Positions 1 to 9,640 are shown, counted from the stretch's first letter. The stretch: 64,000 nucleotides of DNA from Saccharolobus solfataricus P2 (GCF_000007005.1 NC_002754.1); one strand, 5' to 3'. Program-made: numbers and translations. The notes: generated by a model not told the origin, from the sequence alone.

Positions 1-561
1 ACTGGTAGGGAGAAGAAATTTATTGATAAATTGGCTGTTGGTTTGAAACCCACTGCATGGATACTGGAGAATGGTTCCCTAATACTTTTCAACGATAGAG
101 AATTTGTGCTTTGTGAAAAAAGTTGGTTTGAAAGAGATAGGAAGAAGATTATTGAAATATTAGATAACCTTAAGGTTAGGTATTCCATAGGTAGGATTAT
201 ATTGTATGTGGATGGCTATGGATCTAAATTAGATATGTTAAGTGAAATAGAAAAGTATGGGAGAATAGAGGTAAATAGAAACGATGCTATGATACTACCT
301 AAAGGTGTGGATAAGGGTGTAGGAGTTTTGAAGTTTAAGGAATTAACTGGGTTTAAGGGAAAGATAATAGCCTTAGGAGACAGTGAAAATGATTATGCGT
401 TGTTTAGAGTTGCCGACATTAAAGTAGCAGTTGCAAATGCAATACCTCAAATAAAGGAAATTGCTGACATAGTTACCGAAAATCCTAATGGTTTAGGAGT
501 CGTGGAGATTTTAGATAAGATACTATCTGGAAATTTTGGAAAAGAAGTAGATATCTACTAA
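1..561 (+). CDS. HAD-superfamily hydrolase (phosphoglycolate phosphatase/Cof-like), 5' end outside the window
   Basis: Frame is open from base 1 (TGREKKFIDKLAVG...). Motifs ILENG, PKGVDKG and GDSENDYALF...AVANA are typical of HAD subclass IIB. Confidence 0.85.
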   Translation, partial: TGREKKFIDKLAVGLKPTAWILENGSLILFNDREFVLCEKSWFERDRKKIIEILDNLKVRYSIGRIILYVDGYGSKLDMLSEIEKYGRIEVNRNDAMILPKGVDKGVGVLKFKELTGFKGKIIALGDSENDYALFRVADIKVAVANAIPQIKEIADIVTENPNGLGVVEILDKILSGNFGKEVDIY

Positions 562-1131
562 GAACTCGTGAACTCTTCTCATATGCCATGGGTAATAAGG
601 TTTTAATCTAAACCTCTCAGACAATATTTCAGTAGAAAACCCATAGTCTTTAGCCATTGTAATAATGATTTCTCTTGATCTCTCGTTGGACTTATGTATT
701 GAGTATACCACATCAGAGATACTAAACGCTGTTTGTAAAAACTTGATATCTATTCCTCTATTTACTACTCCAAATGGTGGATTCTGAATTACAGTATCAA
801 ATTTAGAATAAAATTGAGTTGCATCAGCATTAATTAGCTCTATATCTAAATCCAATTCACTTTTCATATTCTTTACAGTGTCTAGTGATTCCATATCAAT
901 TTCCACACAAGTACAATAAGCACCTAAAAGTGATGCCGCTAAACAGAAGACGCCAGTCCCACAGCCTAAATCAACTACCTTTTTACTACTTAGATGTCCA
1001 GATATATAAGCATGCCAAATTATTTGAGCTACTATTGGTGAAGGCGTTACGTACTGTTCTAGTTCGTATTTGGGATTTGGATGGGGTCTTGAGTACTTCT
1101 CTAGGAATTTCTCAATTTCTCTTTTACTAAT
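523..1131 (-). CDS. METTL5-like N6-adenine methyltransferase, about 202 aa, probable ATT start
   Basis: The track's 127-aa ORF extends in frame upstream through KYELEQYVTP, VVDLGCGTG (SAM motif I) and VEID. It has an NPPF motif. No ATG/GTG/TTG occurs between the upstream in-frame stop and the GTG at 906; a GGAGG lies 7 nt before ATT at 1131. Confidence 0.8.
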   Translation of the reverse strand: MSKREIEKFLEKYSRPHPNPKYELEQYVTPSPIVAQIIWHAYISGHLSSKKVVDLGCGTGVFCLAASLLGAYCTCVEIDMESLDTVKNMKSELDLDIELINADATQFYSKFDTVIQNPPFGVVNRGIDIKFLQTAFSISDVVYSIHKSNERSREIIITMAKDYGFSTEILSERFRLKPYYPWHMRRVHEFLVDIYFFSKISR

Positions 1132-1769
1132 TCTAGTGCCTCCAATAAATTACTCACCTTATTTTCCCTGATTTCGGGGTAAAACCCTAATCTATCTAAA
1201 AGTATTGCTTCAAGACCTGCTCTTTTCGCCCCAATTACGTCTATTTCATAAATATCACCTATATGAATCCCATCACTTTTAGCGATTTCCATTGCATAGG
1301 AAAATATCTTCGGGTGAGGTTTCATAATGTTTAAGTCACACGAAGCAACTATACCGTCAAAGTATTTCTTAATCCCCAGATCTTCAACTATTTTATAGAT
1401 ACTTCTAGTTGCGTTACTGACTAAGACCAATTTAAATCCAAGTCCTTTGGCTTCCTCCAAAAACGTAATAGAATCGTCATAGAGTTCGTACTCCCCAGAT
1501 AATAGGTTCTTACTATTTAATCTTGTTATTAATTGCTCATCTGGATATATATTAAGCTCATAAAACAGTTCCCTAAAATCAAAAGCTGAAAGACCTCCAT
1601 ATTCTTGACTAGGATAATGATGTTTTCCTAGAATCTTCGCAACTGCCTTGAAGACCCTCCTTTCATCTACATTATATCCAATTTCCTTAAGAGCATAAGC
1701 AATATTTTCATGATATCTAGGCTTGAAGTGCACTAGAGTTTCTCCTAAGTCTACGAATATTGTCTTCAT
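1101..1769 (-). CDS. HAD-superfamily hydrolase, subfamily IA
   Basis: Motifs FVDLGETL, VSN, KPHPKIF and HIGDIYEIDVIGAKRAG. Confidence 0.9.
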   Translation of the reverse strand: MKTIFVDLGETLVHFKPRYHENIAYALKEIGYNVDERRVFKAVAKILGKHHYPSQEYGGLSAFDFRELFYELNIYPDEQLITRLNSKNLLSGEYELYDDSITFLEEAKGLGFKLVLVSNATRSIYKIVEDLGIKKYFDGIVASCDLNIMKPHPKIFSYAMEIAKSDGIHIGDIYEIDVIGAKRAGLEAILLDRLGFYPEIRENKVSNLLEALELVKEKLRNS

Positions 1770-1780
1770 ATATATTCGCT

Positions 1781-2086
1781 TTACTTGTTCCTAATTAAAA
1801 ATTTTGGCATTTCAATTTTCTCAGATTTGCAAATAGGACATCTACTAGGCTTTTTTATTTTGTCAGAATTAAATACGTAACCACAGCTCTTGCACTTTGC
1901 TGGTATTATTATAAGCATATAACCTTTCCTTTTGCTTGACCTCGCCAAATGCTCTAAATGATCGTAAACTTCTTTCTCTTTCCTAACGTCCAATCTTCTC
2001 ATTATCTCCCTAGCACTCAAAGGTTCATCTGAATAAAATAACAACAAGAATATTTTTTCCCTAGTTGTTAAGAAGTCTGTACTCAA
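1781..2086 (-). CDS. HTH plus Zn-ribbon transcriptional regulator (COG3357-like)
   Basis: N-terminal HTH (PLSAREIMRRL); Cys pairs CKSCG and CPICKS. Confidence 0.8.
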   Translation of the reverse strand: MSTDFLTTREKIFLLLFYSDEPLSAREIMRRLDVRKEKEVYDHLEHLARSSKRKGYMLIIIPAKCKSCGYVFNSDKIKKPSRCPICKSEKIEMPKFLIRNK

Positions 2087-2828
2087 TTAAGCTCAATATA
2101 CTCTCTTTTGCGTCGATTTTAATATTATATGCTCTTAAAAGCCAATCATCTAGCGAAAAATCCCTCTGTCGATTATCAATTTCAATAACTTCATTTCCAA
2201 AGATATCTGAAAGGTAACTACATATGTCAAAAAGAGATACTCTATTGCTCCCTACGTTTATTACTCCTCTTGCTTCCTTATCAATAAGTAATTTAATTAC
2301 CTTAGCTAATGTATTTAAATCGATAATTGAGATATAAAAGTTTTTATTACACTTTAGGACTTTCCCCATTGTGGAGGCTTTAATGAATGGAAATAGAAAA
2401 CCCCTATATGATAATGAAAATAATGCGCCAACTCTTAAAACTAAGTAATTACCCAAAGAGATAATACTACTCTCCCCCACTAGTTTAGTTAATCCGTAAT
2501 AATTTAGTGGATGAGGAGTATTATGTTCTTTGTAAAAACCTCTCTTCCCATCGTAAATTAAAAAAGAGGAAAGAAATACATTTACGCTCCCCGCCTTAGA
2601 CCCAGCTCTAGCTATGTTAATTGCGTACCACGTGTTAAATGACCAGGCTAAAGGAGGATTTGCGTTACTTTCAAAAATTGGTATTTCAAATGTATGTATT
2701 ATCACATCTGGTTTTTCCCTTATAACCTTGGAGGGATTATCCACAACTATAATTTCATTGCCTTTACCACCAAGAAATTTGGCAATTGCTTTAGCAACTT
2801 CTCCTTCATCAGTAACTGCAATTTTCAA
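2061..2828 (-). CDS. RmlD-like NAD(P)-dependent sugar epimerase/reductase with a degenerate nucleotide-binding motif
   Basis: Motifs PDVIIH, FLSSFLIYDG and PLNYYGLTKLVGE (YxxxK). The GxxGxxG motif is eroded. Confidence 0.75.
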   Translation of the reverse strand: MKIAVTDEGEVAKAIAKFLGGKGNEIIVVDNPSKVIREKPDVIIHTFEIPIFESNANPPLAWSFNTWYAINIARAGSKAGSVNVFLSSFLIYDGKRGFYKEHNTPHPLNYYGLTKLVGESSIISLGNYLVLRVGALFSLSYRGFLFPFIKASTMGKVLKCNKNFYISIIDLNTLAKVIKLLIDKEARGVINVGSNRVSLFDICSYLSDIFGNEVIEIDNRQRDFSLDDWLLRAYNIKIDAKESILSLIEYRLLNN

Positions 2829-2906
2829 TATCTATAATTCTTACTACCTAGAATTAAAAAGTTTCGATTACTATATATCATTATACGAGTACGTTAAAAA
2901 ATTGCT

Positions 2907-5900
2907 CTAGCTCAAGATTTTGCTTATCTCAGTTGTAATAACAGTTTTCAGTCGATCAATGTTATCCCTTAATAGCTGTATGACAGCAGAGATCACTACA
3001 TTCTCATCATATTCCTCTGTTACCTTACTTTTCAGTAATGAGGCAAACGGCTGTATAATCTTATCTAATTCAATTGCTGACAAAGTATTGGATATTTCTT
3101 TTATATACTCAGCCAGTATAATGGCCTTATCTATTGAAGACTCTGAAGATTTTTGCCTTATATTACCAGATAATTTAGATGCAATTATCTTACCTATATT
3201 GTCCACTACTTGAACTATAATGGGTTCAATAATCTTCTTATACTCGTCAACACCTGAAGTGGAAAATGCTGCTGTATCAGCTATTAAATTAACTTGGGAA
3301 TTAAGAGAAGATAATATACTGGAAATTAGTTCTTTCCTTATATATTCCTTACTATTCTCATCTAGTTGGAAAGATGCTACTTGATATTGCACGCTTTGTA
3401 TCCCTAATTTCTCTGCCAGGAATTCTATTAACGTCACGGCATTTATCCCAACACTTCTGAACTTAGCAGCAGCCAATGGACATAGTGTAACTACTTTTCC
3501 ATATCTCTCTCCTATAGCTCTAGCCATTAAGTCAGCTCTCTTTCCTAAACTCTTTTCTAGGATTGCACCTGAACAACCCTCAACCTTTTTAACCCTGAAT
3601 CCTTTCTCGCTTAACCTTCTAATTACCTCATCTGAATATTCCGAGGAGAAACAAGCTACATGTAAATTTACATTTTCATTACTTCCATCAATGACTATAG
3701 ACTTTAGCAGTCTAAGTTCTAACGGTACTACTTCGAAAATTACCTCTGTTCCAGCCAATTTAGAGTAGTCCTTATACGCTGTGGAGAATGTTCTATAATC
3801 CTCAGGAGTAATAGTAATTATTTCTAACGCATTATTAACTGCATCTAAATTATATTTCATTTTCTCTAAGAATTTATTCCCATTTCCACTTATATAATCC
3901 AGAAATCCGCTGTCTGCTGATGTACCTATCACTTTAACCTTTAATCCCATCTTTTTAAGTATCTTTAACGCTGTGATCGCCACTGCGGGGTTACTAACTG
4001 CATTCTTCCCAACCCACAATATGAATTGGCTATTTGGATCATTAACCGAAGCTAACTCTGGATCAGAAAAGAGAGATAACTCTACTCCCGGTTCCTCTGG
4101 TAATTTCTTAGCTACTAGACTATTTAATTTGATTAATAGTGTTGAGATTGGAATTCGCGCTGGACATACACCATCACAAAGACCGCACTTATGACAACCA
4201 GAAATCTCGGCTATCACGCTATCTGGTATATCGATGGAACCGTTTAATTCATAATAAGCCACTGCACCTCTGACGAAATCAAACATACCTTTTGGGGCAT
4301 AAGGCCATTGAGGAATTAGTCTATATTGAGGACACACGGTAACGCACATTGAACAGTCTATACACATGAGGCTGTAATCTGCAAAATCCTCCAAATACCT
4401 TCTTACATGCTTAAAACCCTCAACCTCACCACCTGGAGATAGCCTTTTAACAAAGCCAATCGCAAACCTAAAGTTTAAAGCTTCTTGCTGCCTTCTTGGA
4501 ATTTCCAGAACAGCTTTAGCTCTAATCTTCGGATCAAAGAGCTTTCCCGGATTGAAAATTTCTTCTGGATCAGTTTCTTCCTTGTACTTCCTTATTACCT
4601 CGTATCTATCAACTCCTAACTCAGTAAATGTTTTGCCCATACTGCTTAATCTATTTTTAGCATACTTGTGAGCAAAAATACCTACTGATAATAGGGAACC
4701 ATCAACTTTTACGAACTCATCCATCATTAGTGTGTTCTTAGCTAAATCATACAGTATTTTCTTATCGACAGGGCTTACTGAAATCTGAGTAAACGCGTTA
4801 ACTAAAAGGACTTCCCTCCTCTCTAAAGCTATATCTACATCAAACCCACCATCTGAAGACAGCTCACCTAATTTACCTAAAGCCTTTTCTAGATTCCTTA
4901 ATAAGTCTAAAAGCCTCGTATAGTGTATTAAACCGTGTTGATGTATTAATAAACCTTGTGTCCTTAATGCTGCCGCAACACCATGATTAAATGACCACCA
5001 ACCAGTCCATTCTCCTTCAAAAACTTTACCACCATAAGACTGGGCAATCTTATAAATTTTTGGTTCCACTAGAGGTGACCTAGGAGAAGGGTATAGTATT
5101 ACCATATTCCACTTTTGAGGTTCAAATGGCGCCTTATATTTCTCAGCCATATATGTAGAAATGTATGGACCTCTAACTTGAACGTGCCAAGCTGGAATCA
5201 CTTCTCTATAGAATTCTCCTACTGCATGCATCATTTGATCTAAATTATCAAAGGAAATGACCATAGCTTCAGTTGGAGAGAAATTCCTAAGCTTTAACCC
5301 AGCTTTAGCTATTATCCCGGTAGTACCTTCCGCTCCACATACTAACGCTAAATCCTTGCCCTCTAGTCTAACTAAGTCCCCTTTTGGATTTACCATTTCA
5401 ACGAAGCTTACATTGTCTGAAATAAAACCATATTCATATGAACCTATTCCTAAAGCGTCTCCAGCTATCCCTCCTCCCACAGTGGAATCGTATGAAGATG
5501 GGAAGGTCCTTAATTGCAGTCCCTTCTGCTGAGCATAGATATCAACAAGCTTCCAGGTAGCACCGGGCTCAACTATTGCCATCTTATTCGATTCATCTAT
5601 AGTTACGTTGGTCATCTTTGAAAAGTCAAGTAATATTCCACCATCTGCTGGTATTGCGTTACCATATCTATTTGTACCTCTGCCATAAGGGACTATTGGT
5701 ATTTTATATTTGAGTCCTAATCTAACTACGTTAATAATATCTTCCACCGACCTAGGATAAGCAACGTAGTCTGGGACAATGTTAATCTTTATTCCAGACC
5801 ACACTAGTTCTGGAACGAAACCGAAATCCACTGAATGAGATAGTCTCTCTACTAATTCATCATGAAAACTATCCCCTAGTAAACTTTTCAACTCCTCTTC

Positions 5901-5909
5901 CAAACCCAT
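2907..5909 (-). CDS. FAD-binding oxidoreductase (GlcD/lactate dehydrogenase-like) fused to 2x[4Fe-4S] and CCG-like domains
   Basis: FAD-binding PCMH motifs GRGTN, EPGAT, TVGGGIA and GAEGTTGII; Fe-S motifs CIDCSMCVTVCP and CHKCGLCDGVCP. Confidence 0.85.
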   Translation of the reverse strand: MGLEEELKSLLGDSFHDELVERLSHSVDFGFVPELVWSGIKINIVPDYVAYPRSVEDIINVVRLGLKYKIPIVPYGRGTNRYGNAIPADGGILLDFSKMTNVTIDESNKMAIVEPGATWKLVDIYAQQKGLQLRTFPSSYDSTVGGGIAGDALGIGSYEYGFISDNVSFVEMVNPKGDLVRLEGKDLALVCGAEGTTGIIAKAGLKLRNFSPTEAMVISFDNLDQMMHAVGEFYREVIPAWHVQVRGPYISTYMAEKYKAPFEPQKWNMVILYPSPRSPLVEPKIYKIAQSYGGKVFEGEWTGWWSFNHGVAAALRTQGLLIHQHGLIHYTRLLDLLRNLEKALGKLGELSSDGGFDVDIALERREVLLVNAFTQISVSPVDKKILYDLAKNTLMMDEFVKVDGSLLSVGIFAHKYAKNRLSSMGKTFTELGVDRYEVIRKYKEETDPEEIFNPGKLFDPKIRAKAVLEIPRRQQEALNFRFAIGFVKRLSPGGEVEGFKHVRRYLEDFADYSLMCIDCSMCVTVCPQYRLIPQWPYAPKGMFDFVRGAVAYYELNGSIDIPDSVIAEISGCHKCGLCDGVCPARIPISTLLIKLNSLVAKKLPEEPGVELSLFSDPELASVNDPNSQFILWVGKNAVSNPAVAITALKILKKMGLKVKVIGTSADSGFLDYISGNGNKFLEKMKYNLDAVNNALEIITITPEDYRTFSTAYKDYSKLAGTEVIFEVVPLELRLLKSIVIDGSNENVNLHVACFSSEYSDEVIRRLSEKGFRVKKVEGCSGAILEKSLGKRADLMARAIGERYGKVVTLCPLAAAKFRSVGINAVTLIEFLAEKLGIQSVQYQVASFQLDENSKEYIRKELISSILSSLNSQVNLIADTAAFSTSGVDEYKKIIEPIIVQVVDNIGKIIASKLSGNIRQKSSESSIDKAIILAEYIKEISNTLSAIELDKIIQPFASLLKSKVTEEYDENVVISAVIQLLRDNIDRLKTVITTEISKILS

Positions 5910-5945
5910 ATTACTACCCTTAAATGTTATATATTATTCTAGCAT

Positions 5946-6365
5946 TTATATATTCTTTAAAGTTTCTATTATTGCTTTTTGTACGTACTCGTAATATTCC
6001 CTTGACTGTTCTTTTCTTGGTACGAAATCTTTCATTATATCTGGATCTTGGGACCATGTTGGAACTATATGAAAATGAGAGTGAAATACCACTTGCCCTG
6101 CACTCTTTCCAATATTGGTTAATATTCTTATACCATCAGCCTTCAAAGCTTTCTTTACTGCAATTGAAATCTTTCTTACAGCTGTACATAAATATGGTAT
6201 GACGTCTTCAGAAATCTCTAAAAAATTCTCATAATGTGTTCTAGGTACTACCAAAGTATGTCCAGGTGTAATAGGAAATTTATCCAGAAATGCGACTACT
6301 CTATCGTTACTATACACGATATACCCATGATCCCTTCCTTCAACAATGTTGCAAAAGATACACAT
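5946..6365 (-). CDS. HIT-family nucleotide hydrolase
   Basis: Motifs MCIFC, PGHTLVVP and the histidine triad FHSHFHIVP. Confidence 0.95.
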   Translation of the reverse strand: MCIFCNIVEGRDHGYIVYSNDRVVAFLDKFPITPGHTLVVPRTHYENFLEISEDVIPYLCTAVRKISIAVKKALKADGIRILTNIGKSAGQVVFHSHFHIVPTWSQDPDIMKDFVPRKEQSREYYEYVQKAIIETLKNI

Positions 6366-6522
6366 CTGTATTGACCCTCATTACTACAAAATTATAAGTT
6401 TAGTTACAAAAAATCCCTTTGCTATTCAACTGGATTTCTTCATTCATGAAGATTCCATTTTTAATATTAAGTTTTGTGTAGGGAAGTCAAATTATGAAAC
6501 ATCACTGCTTTTAAGCTTATTA

Positions 6523-6903
6523 TCAAGGGTCTTCTATGCAGACTTCTTTTCCTTTCTTAAACTCTATGTGTAATATTTTTTGTAATTCTCTTCCTAAAAG
6601 CGAAATTTCCCTACCAAGAATAGGACTTTCAATAAGAGTGTCAAGTTTAATTTTACCAATCTTTATAATAGCCTTAGCAACTCTAGTTTTAACAATTCCG
6701 TTAAGCGTTGCGTAAACTCTTGGATTCTCTAGCTCAAGGGAATTTACTTTATTGTAAACAGAAGGAGGGATTAAAAGATAACCGGAAAATCCAGTGTCAA
6801 TTAATGCTCTAACTTCCATGAAATCCCCATTATAAGGATCTATTACGGTAACCGGTAAAGTAGGTTTATCATTTATTCTAAAGCAATCGAAGACCATCCC
6901 CAA
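6523..6903 (-). CDS. Clan AA retropepsin-like aspartic protease
   Basis: Motif ALIDTGFSGYL (DTG) and C-terminal SLLGRE. Size fits a single-domain retropepsin. Confidence 0.85.
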   Translation of the reverse strand: MGMVFDCFRINDKPTLPVTVIDPYNGDFMEVRALIDTGFSGYLLIPPSVYNKVNSLELENPRVYATLNGIVKTRVAKAIIKIGKIKLDTLIESPILGREISLLGRELQKILHIEFKKGKEVCIEDP

Positions 6904-7238
6904 TCTCCTATCTCTTGCTTATCGTAATTCTTACTACCTATCATACATTTCTTGTGCCCCTTCCCCTTTTCAACTGCCTCCTTTTCACTATCAAATGCAC
7001 CTATATATTCTCCGTCACAAGCTAAAACATACTTTCCTTCATTATATGCATTTATTGCTTCAGGATTAGTCTTAAGTACGATGTAATTATAATCACCTAT
7101 TCCTTCGGTAACGTTGAGCCACAAAGAAATAGCCTGCTGTATTGCTTCAGAGACACTTATCCCTAATAGTGCAGCTCTAGCTTTTAACATCCTATAAAGC
7201 TGCTCGTCCATATTCTTTATCAGCACCTTTGTTGCCAT
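6873..7238 (-). CDS. Ribbon-helix-helix plus DUF5678-like protein
   Basis: Likely start is MATKVLIKNMDEQLYRMLKARAALLGISVSEAI (RHH pattern). C-terminal YNEGKYVLACDGEYIGAFDSEKEAVE resembles DUF5678. Overlaps the protease start. Confidence 0.65.
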   Translation of the reverse strand: MATKVLIKNMDEQLYRMLKARAALLGISVSEAIQQAISLWLNVTEGIGDYNYIVLKTNPEAINAYNEGKYVLACDGEYIGAFDSEKEAVEKGKGHKKCMIGSKNYDKQEIGDWGWSSIALE

Positions 7239-7539
7239 ATGTTTAACTTGGTAAGAAATATAATAAAGTTTATCTTTAATACATGAGTCTGACAAAAAGA
7301 ACGATAAGCCTCGTCCCTTCTCGATAGATTAAAACTCACTATCTATATAATAACTTGACATAAGGATAAACGGAATTATAAAAGTAAATAAGAATATATC
7401 TATATTAAGGTAATTATTCAACTCAGACTCCAAGGAGAGGGAGAACTCACTTCCACGGGGAATCAACGCGAAACTAGAGAACGAATAAAACCAAGTATTA
7501 TAAGAGAAAAGGAAATAAGCAAATAAGAGAAATATTAAC

Positions 7540-7854
7540 ATAAGCCCAGGCACTCCGAGGGGATAAAACCCCATTCAAGAGGCTAGCTGTAAAACCTCTA
7601 GAAAACAAGAGAGGATCAAACACCGAGTAGGAGGTTGTACCCAAACTACTCTAGGGGCTGAACATAGTTAATATTATGCAAGAAAAACAAGGTGTTATGA
7701 CCACAAGGAATATATAGGGGTACATGATTGACACCCATAGATTCTCAATTCCCCCAGCTCTGTTAGAGGTGAAGCTTGTAGGGCCTCTTGATACATCAAG
7801 TAGACTTCAAAGCGTTAAAAAAGCAAATAGATATATTTCGAATTTATCTTGAGG
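7540..7854 (+). mobile_element. Probable non-coding end of an IS110-family element (ISC1190/ISC1229-like) with no transposase
   Basis: Intergenic, more GC-rich than its flanks, with short hairpins (gggg/cccc 7559-7572, gagg/cctc 7579-7598, agagg/cctct 7765-7788). It ends in gatatatttcgaatttatcttgagg, which I recall just upstream of Sulfolobus IS110 transposases; this is unverified recall. Confidence 0.4.
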
Positions 7855-7876
7855 CTTTTTGTAAAATTAAAACTAG

Positions 7877-8092
7877 TCAGATACTAAACTTGGCTTTAAT
7901 ATAATCGCCTTTTTCAGTTATCAATTCTATTATATGATCACCCTTTATAGGGGTAAAATCGTTTATTTCTATTGTTATATTTTTAACTCCATAGGGTATG
8001 TATTCTGGATTATATCTATACGTCATCTTACCATCGATTCTAATTGCTACGATCTTACCTGAAACCTTATCAGTTTGCAACCAAACTTTCAT
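7877..8092 (-). CDS. Small hypothetical protein, 71 aa, beta-rich
   Basis: ATG-initiated ORF fills the intergenic gap with protein-like composition. Confidence 0.6.
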   Translation of the reverse strand: MKVWLQTDKVSGKIVAIRIDGKMTYRYNPEYIPYGVKNITIEINDFTPIKGDHIIELITEKGDYIKAKFSI

Positions 8093-8147
8093 ATTTACAA
8101 ACTTCCTTGCATAATGTTTAAAAGTAATAACGCTATCCTATAGAGTA

Positions 8148-8753
8148 ATGTTAACGGCCCAAGAACTAATAGTAATATTCGTTATCTCGTTCATAACAAA
8201 TGCAACTCCATTCTTTGGAGCTCCTTACACCCTGATAACTACGTCAATATTAATAAAGAGTGGAGTATCACCTTTGTCGCTAATCTTGGCTGTAGTATTA
8301 AGCGGGCTTGGTGCATCCTTATCTAAGTTAGTAATGTACGCATTGGGAATAGCCATAAGAAAACCTCTAAAAGACAATAAGAATATTCTGCTTATAGAGA
8401 AGATTAGCAAGAGTTACGGATTTTATGCAGCTCTATTCATATTGACCATATTACCATTTTTACCATTAGACGACTACATATTTCTCGCGGGAGGAGTAGC
8501 TAGGCTTTCAGTTTTTAGAATGATACTGATTTCAATAATAGGTAAGACACTAAAAAGTGGAATTGAGATAAGTATAGAACTTACTGGAATTTCTTTAATA
8601 GCCTCAATATTTAGCATAAACGAATTTGAACTTTCTATAATTTCTATTATAGTATTCATTTTACTTGGAATTCTGTTATTCAAATTAGATTGGGAAGAAA
8701 TTCTGAAGAGGGGAGAAAAATTCTTAAGAGAAAAATTAAAAATTAATTTATGA
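8148..8753 (+). CDS. DedA/SNARE-associated (VTT) membrane protein
   Basis: Multiple hydrophobic segments; motifs PFFGAPY and PFLPLDD...AGG. Confidence 0.75.
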   Translation: MLTAQELIVIFVISFITNATPFFGAPYTLITTSILIKSGVSPLSLILAVVLSGLGASLSKLVMYALGIAIRKPLKDNKNILLIEKISKSYGFYAALFILTILPFLPLDDYIFLAGGVARLSVFRMILISIIGKTLKSGIEISIELTGISLIASIFSINEFELSIISIIVFILLGILLFKLDWEEILKRGEKFLREKLKINL

Positions 8754-9250
8754 AGATTTTTAGTGGTAAAAAATTTGAAGTGCACATAGATAAGGTGAAA
8801 TTGCCTAACGGATATGAAAGGGAATTAGAGTTCGTGAAGCATAGGGGTTCTGTCGTAATAATACCTAAGATAAACAATGAAATTATATTGATAAGGCAAT
8901 TTAGGCCTGTAATAGATAAATGGATATATGAGTTACCAGCAGGAACGATTGAGGAAGGAGAAGATCCATTAAATACTGCAAATAGAGAATTAATTGAGGA
9001 AATAGGATATGAAGCTGGGAAAATGAAAGAAATAATAAGTTTCTACGCTTCCCCTGGCATAACTACAGAGTATATGAGATTATACTTGGCTGAAGATCTT
9101 AGATACGTCGGAGCTAAACCGGAACCATATGAAATCATAGAACCCATTAGACTAAGTATAGAGGAGGCAATAAAAATGATAAGAGAAAGGAAAATAGAAG
9201 ACGCAAAAACGATAATAGGAATATTTACATTAAAGGAGCTCTTAGAATAA
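8750..9250 (+). CDS. Nudix hydrolase (ADP-ribose pyrophosphatase-like)
   Basis: Nudix box GTIEEGEDPLNTANRELIEEIGY; motifs LIRQFR and DAKT. Confidence 0.92.
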   Translation: MKIFSGKKFEVHIDKVKLPNGYERELEFVKHRGSVVIIPKINNEIILIRQFRPVIDKWIYELPAGTIEEGEDPLNTANRELIEEIGYEAGKMKEIISFYASPGITTEYMRLYLAEDLRYVGAKPEPYEIIEPIRLSIEEAIKMIRERKIEDAKTIIGIFTLKELLE

Positions 9251-9298
9251 AAAGAGAAGCGTAGAAAAATCTAAAATTGTGTAATATTACAGAATGTT

Positions 9299-9640
9299 AT
9301 GACAAGGTTCCCAATCGATGTGAGATCTCAGTATGAATTGAACGTAAATACTGCAATTAACGTGGCAAATGGATTAAAGATGAATGAGGCAGAGGATGTG
9401 AAAATCGTATTTTTAGTCTCAAGTATAACTATACTCGATATTGAAAATAGGTTGTCGGAGATAGTTAAAAAGAGTGCCGAGCCTCTTAAGAAAAACTCAG
9501 TTAAAGTTTTCAAATGTTAAATGGCTATGGAAAAATTATAATGTGAGCAAGGATAGTCTAGTATATGTAGACGAGATAAGTAGAGGTGTGAATGTTTAGT
9601 AAGAATGGCTAACGAAGGATACGAGATACTAACATTTTAA
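9299..9640 (+). pseudogene. DsrE-family protein, disrupted
   Basis: DsrE-like N-terminus (VKIVFL...KVFKC) stops at 9520. The continuation (MAMEK / YNVSKDSLVYVDEISRGVNV / VRMANEGYEILTF*) needs stop read-through and two frame changes. Confidence 0.6.

Noticed and set aside
885-1130. 81-aa plus-strand ORF
   Set aside because: Antisense shadow of the extended methyltransferase reading frame.
2614-6573. Several plus-strand ORFs of 73-98 aa
   Set aside because: They lie antisense to well-supported genes or have no protein-like features.
7329-7574. 81-aa minus-strand hydrophobic ORF
   Set aside because: Its hydrophobicity reflects the A-rich plus strand of a probable IS relic; no family motif.
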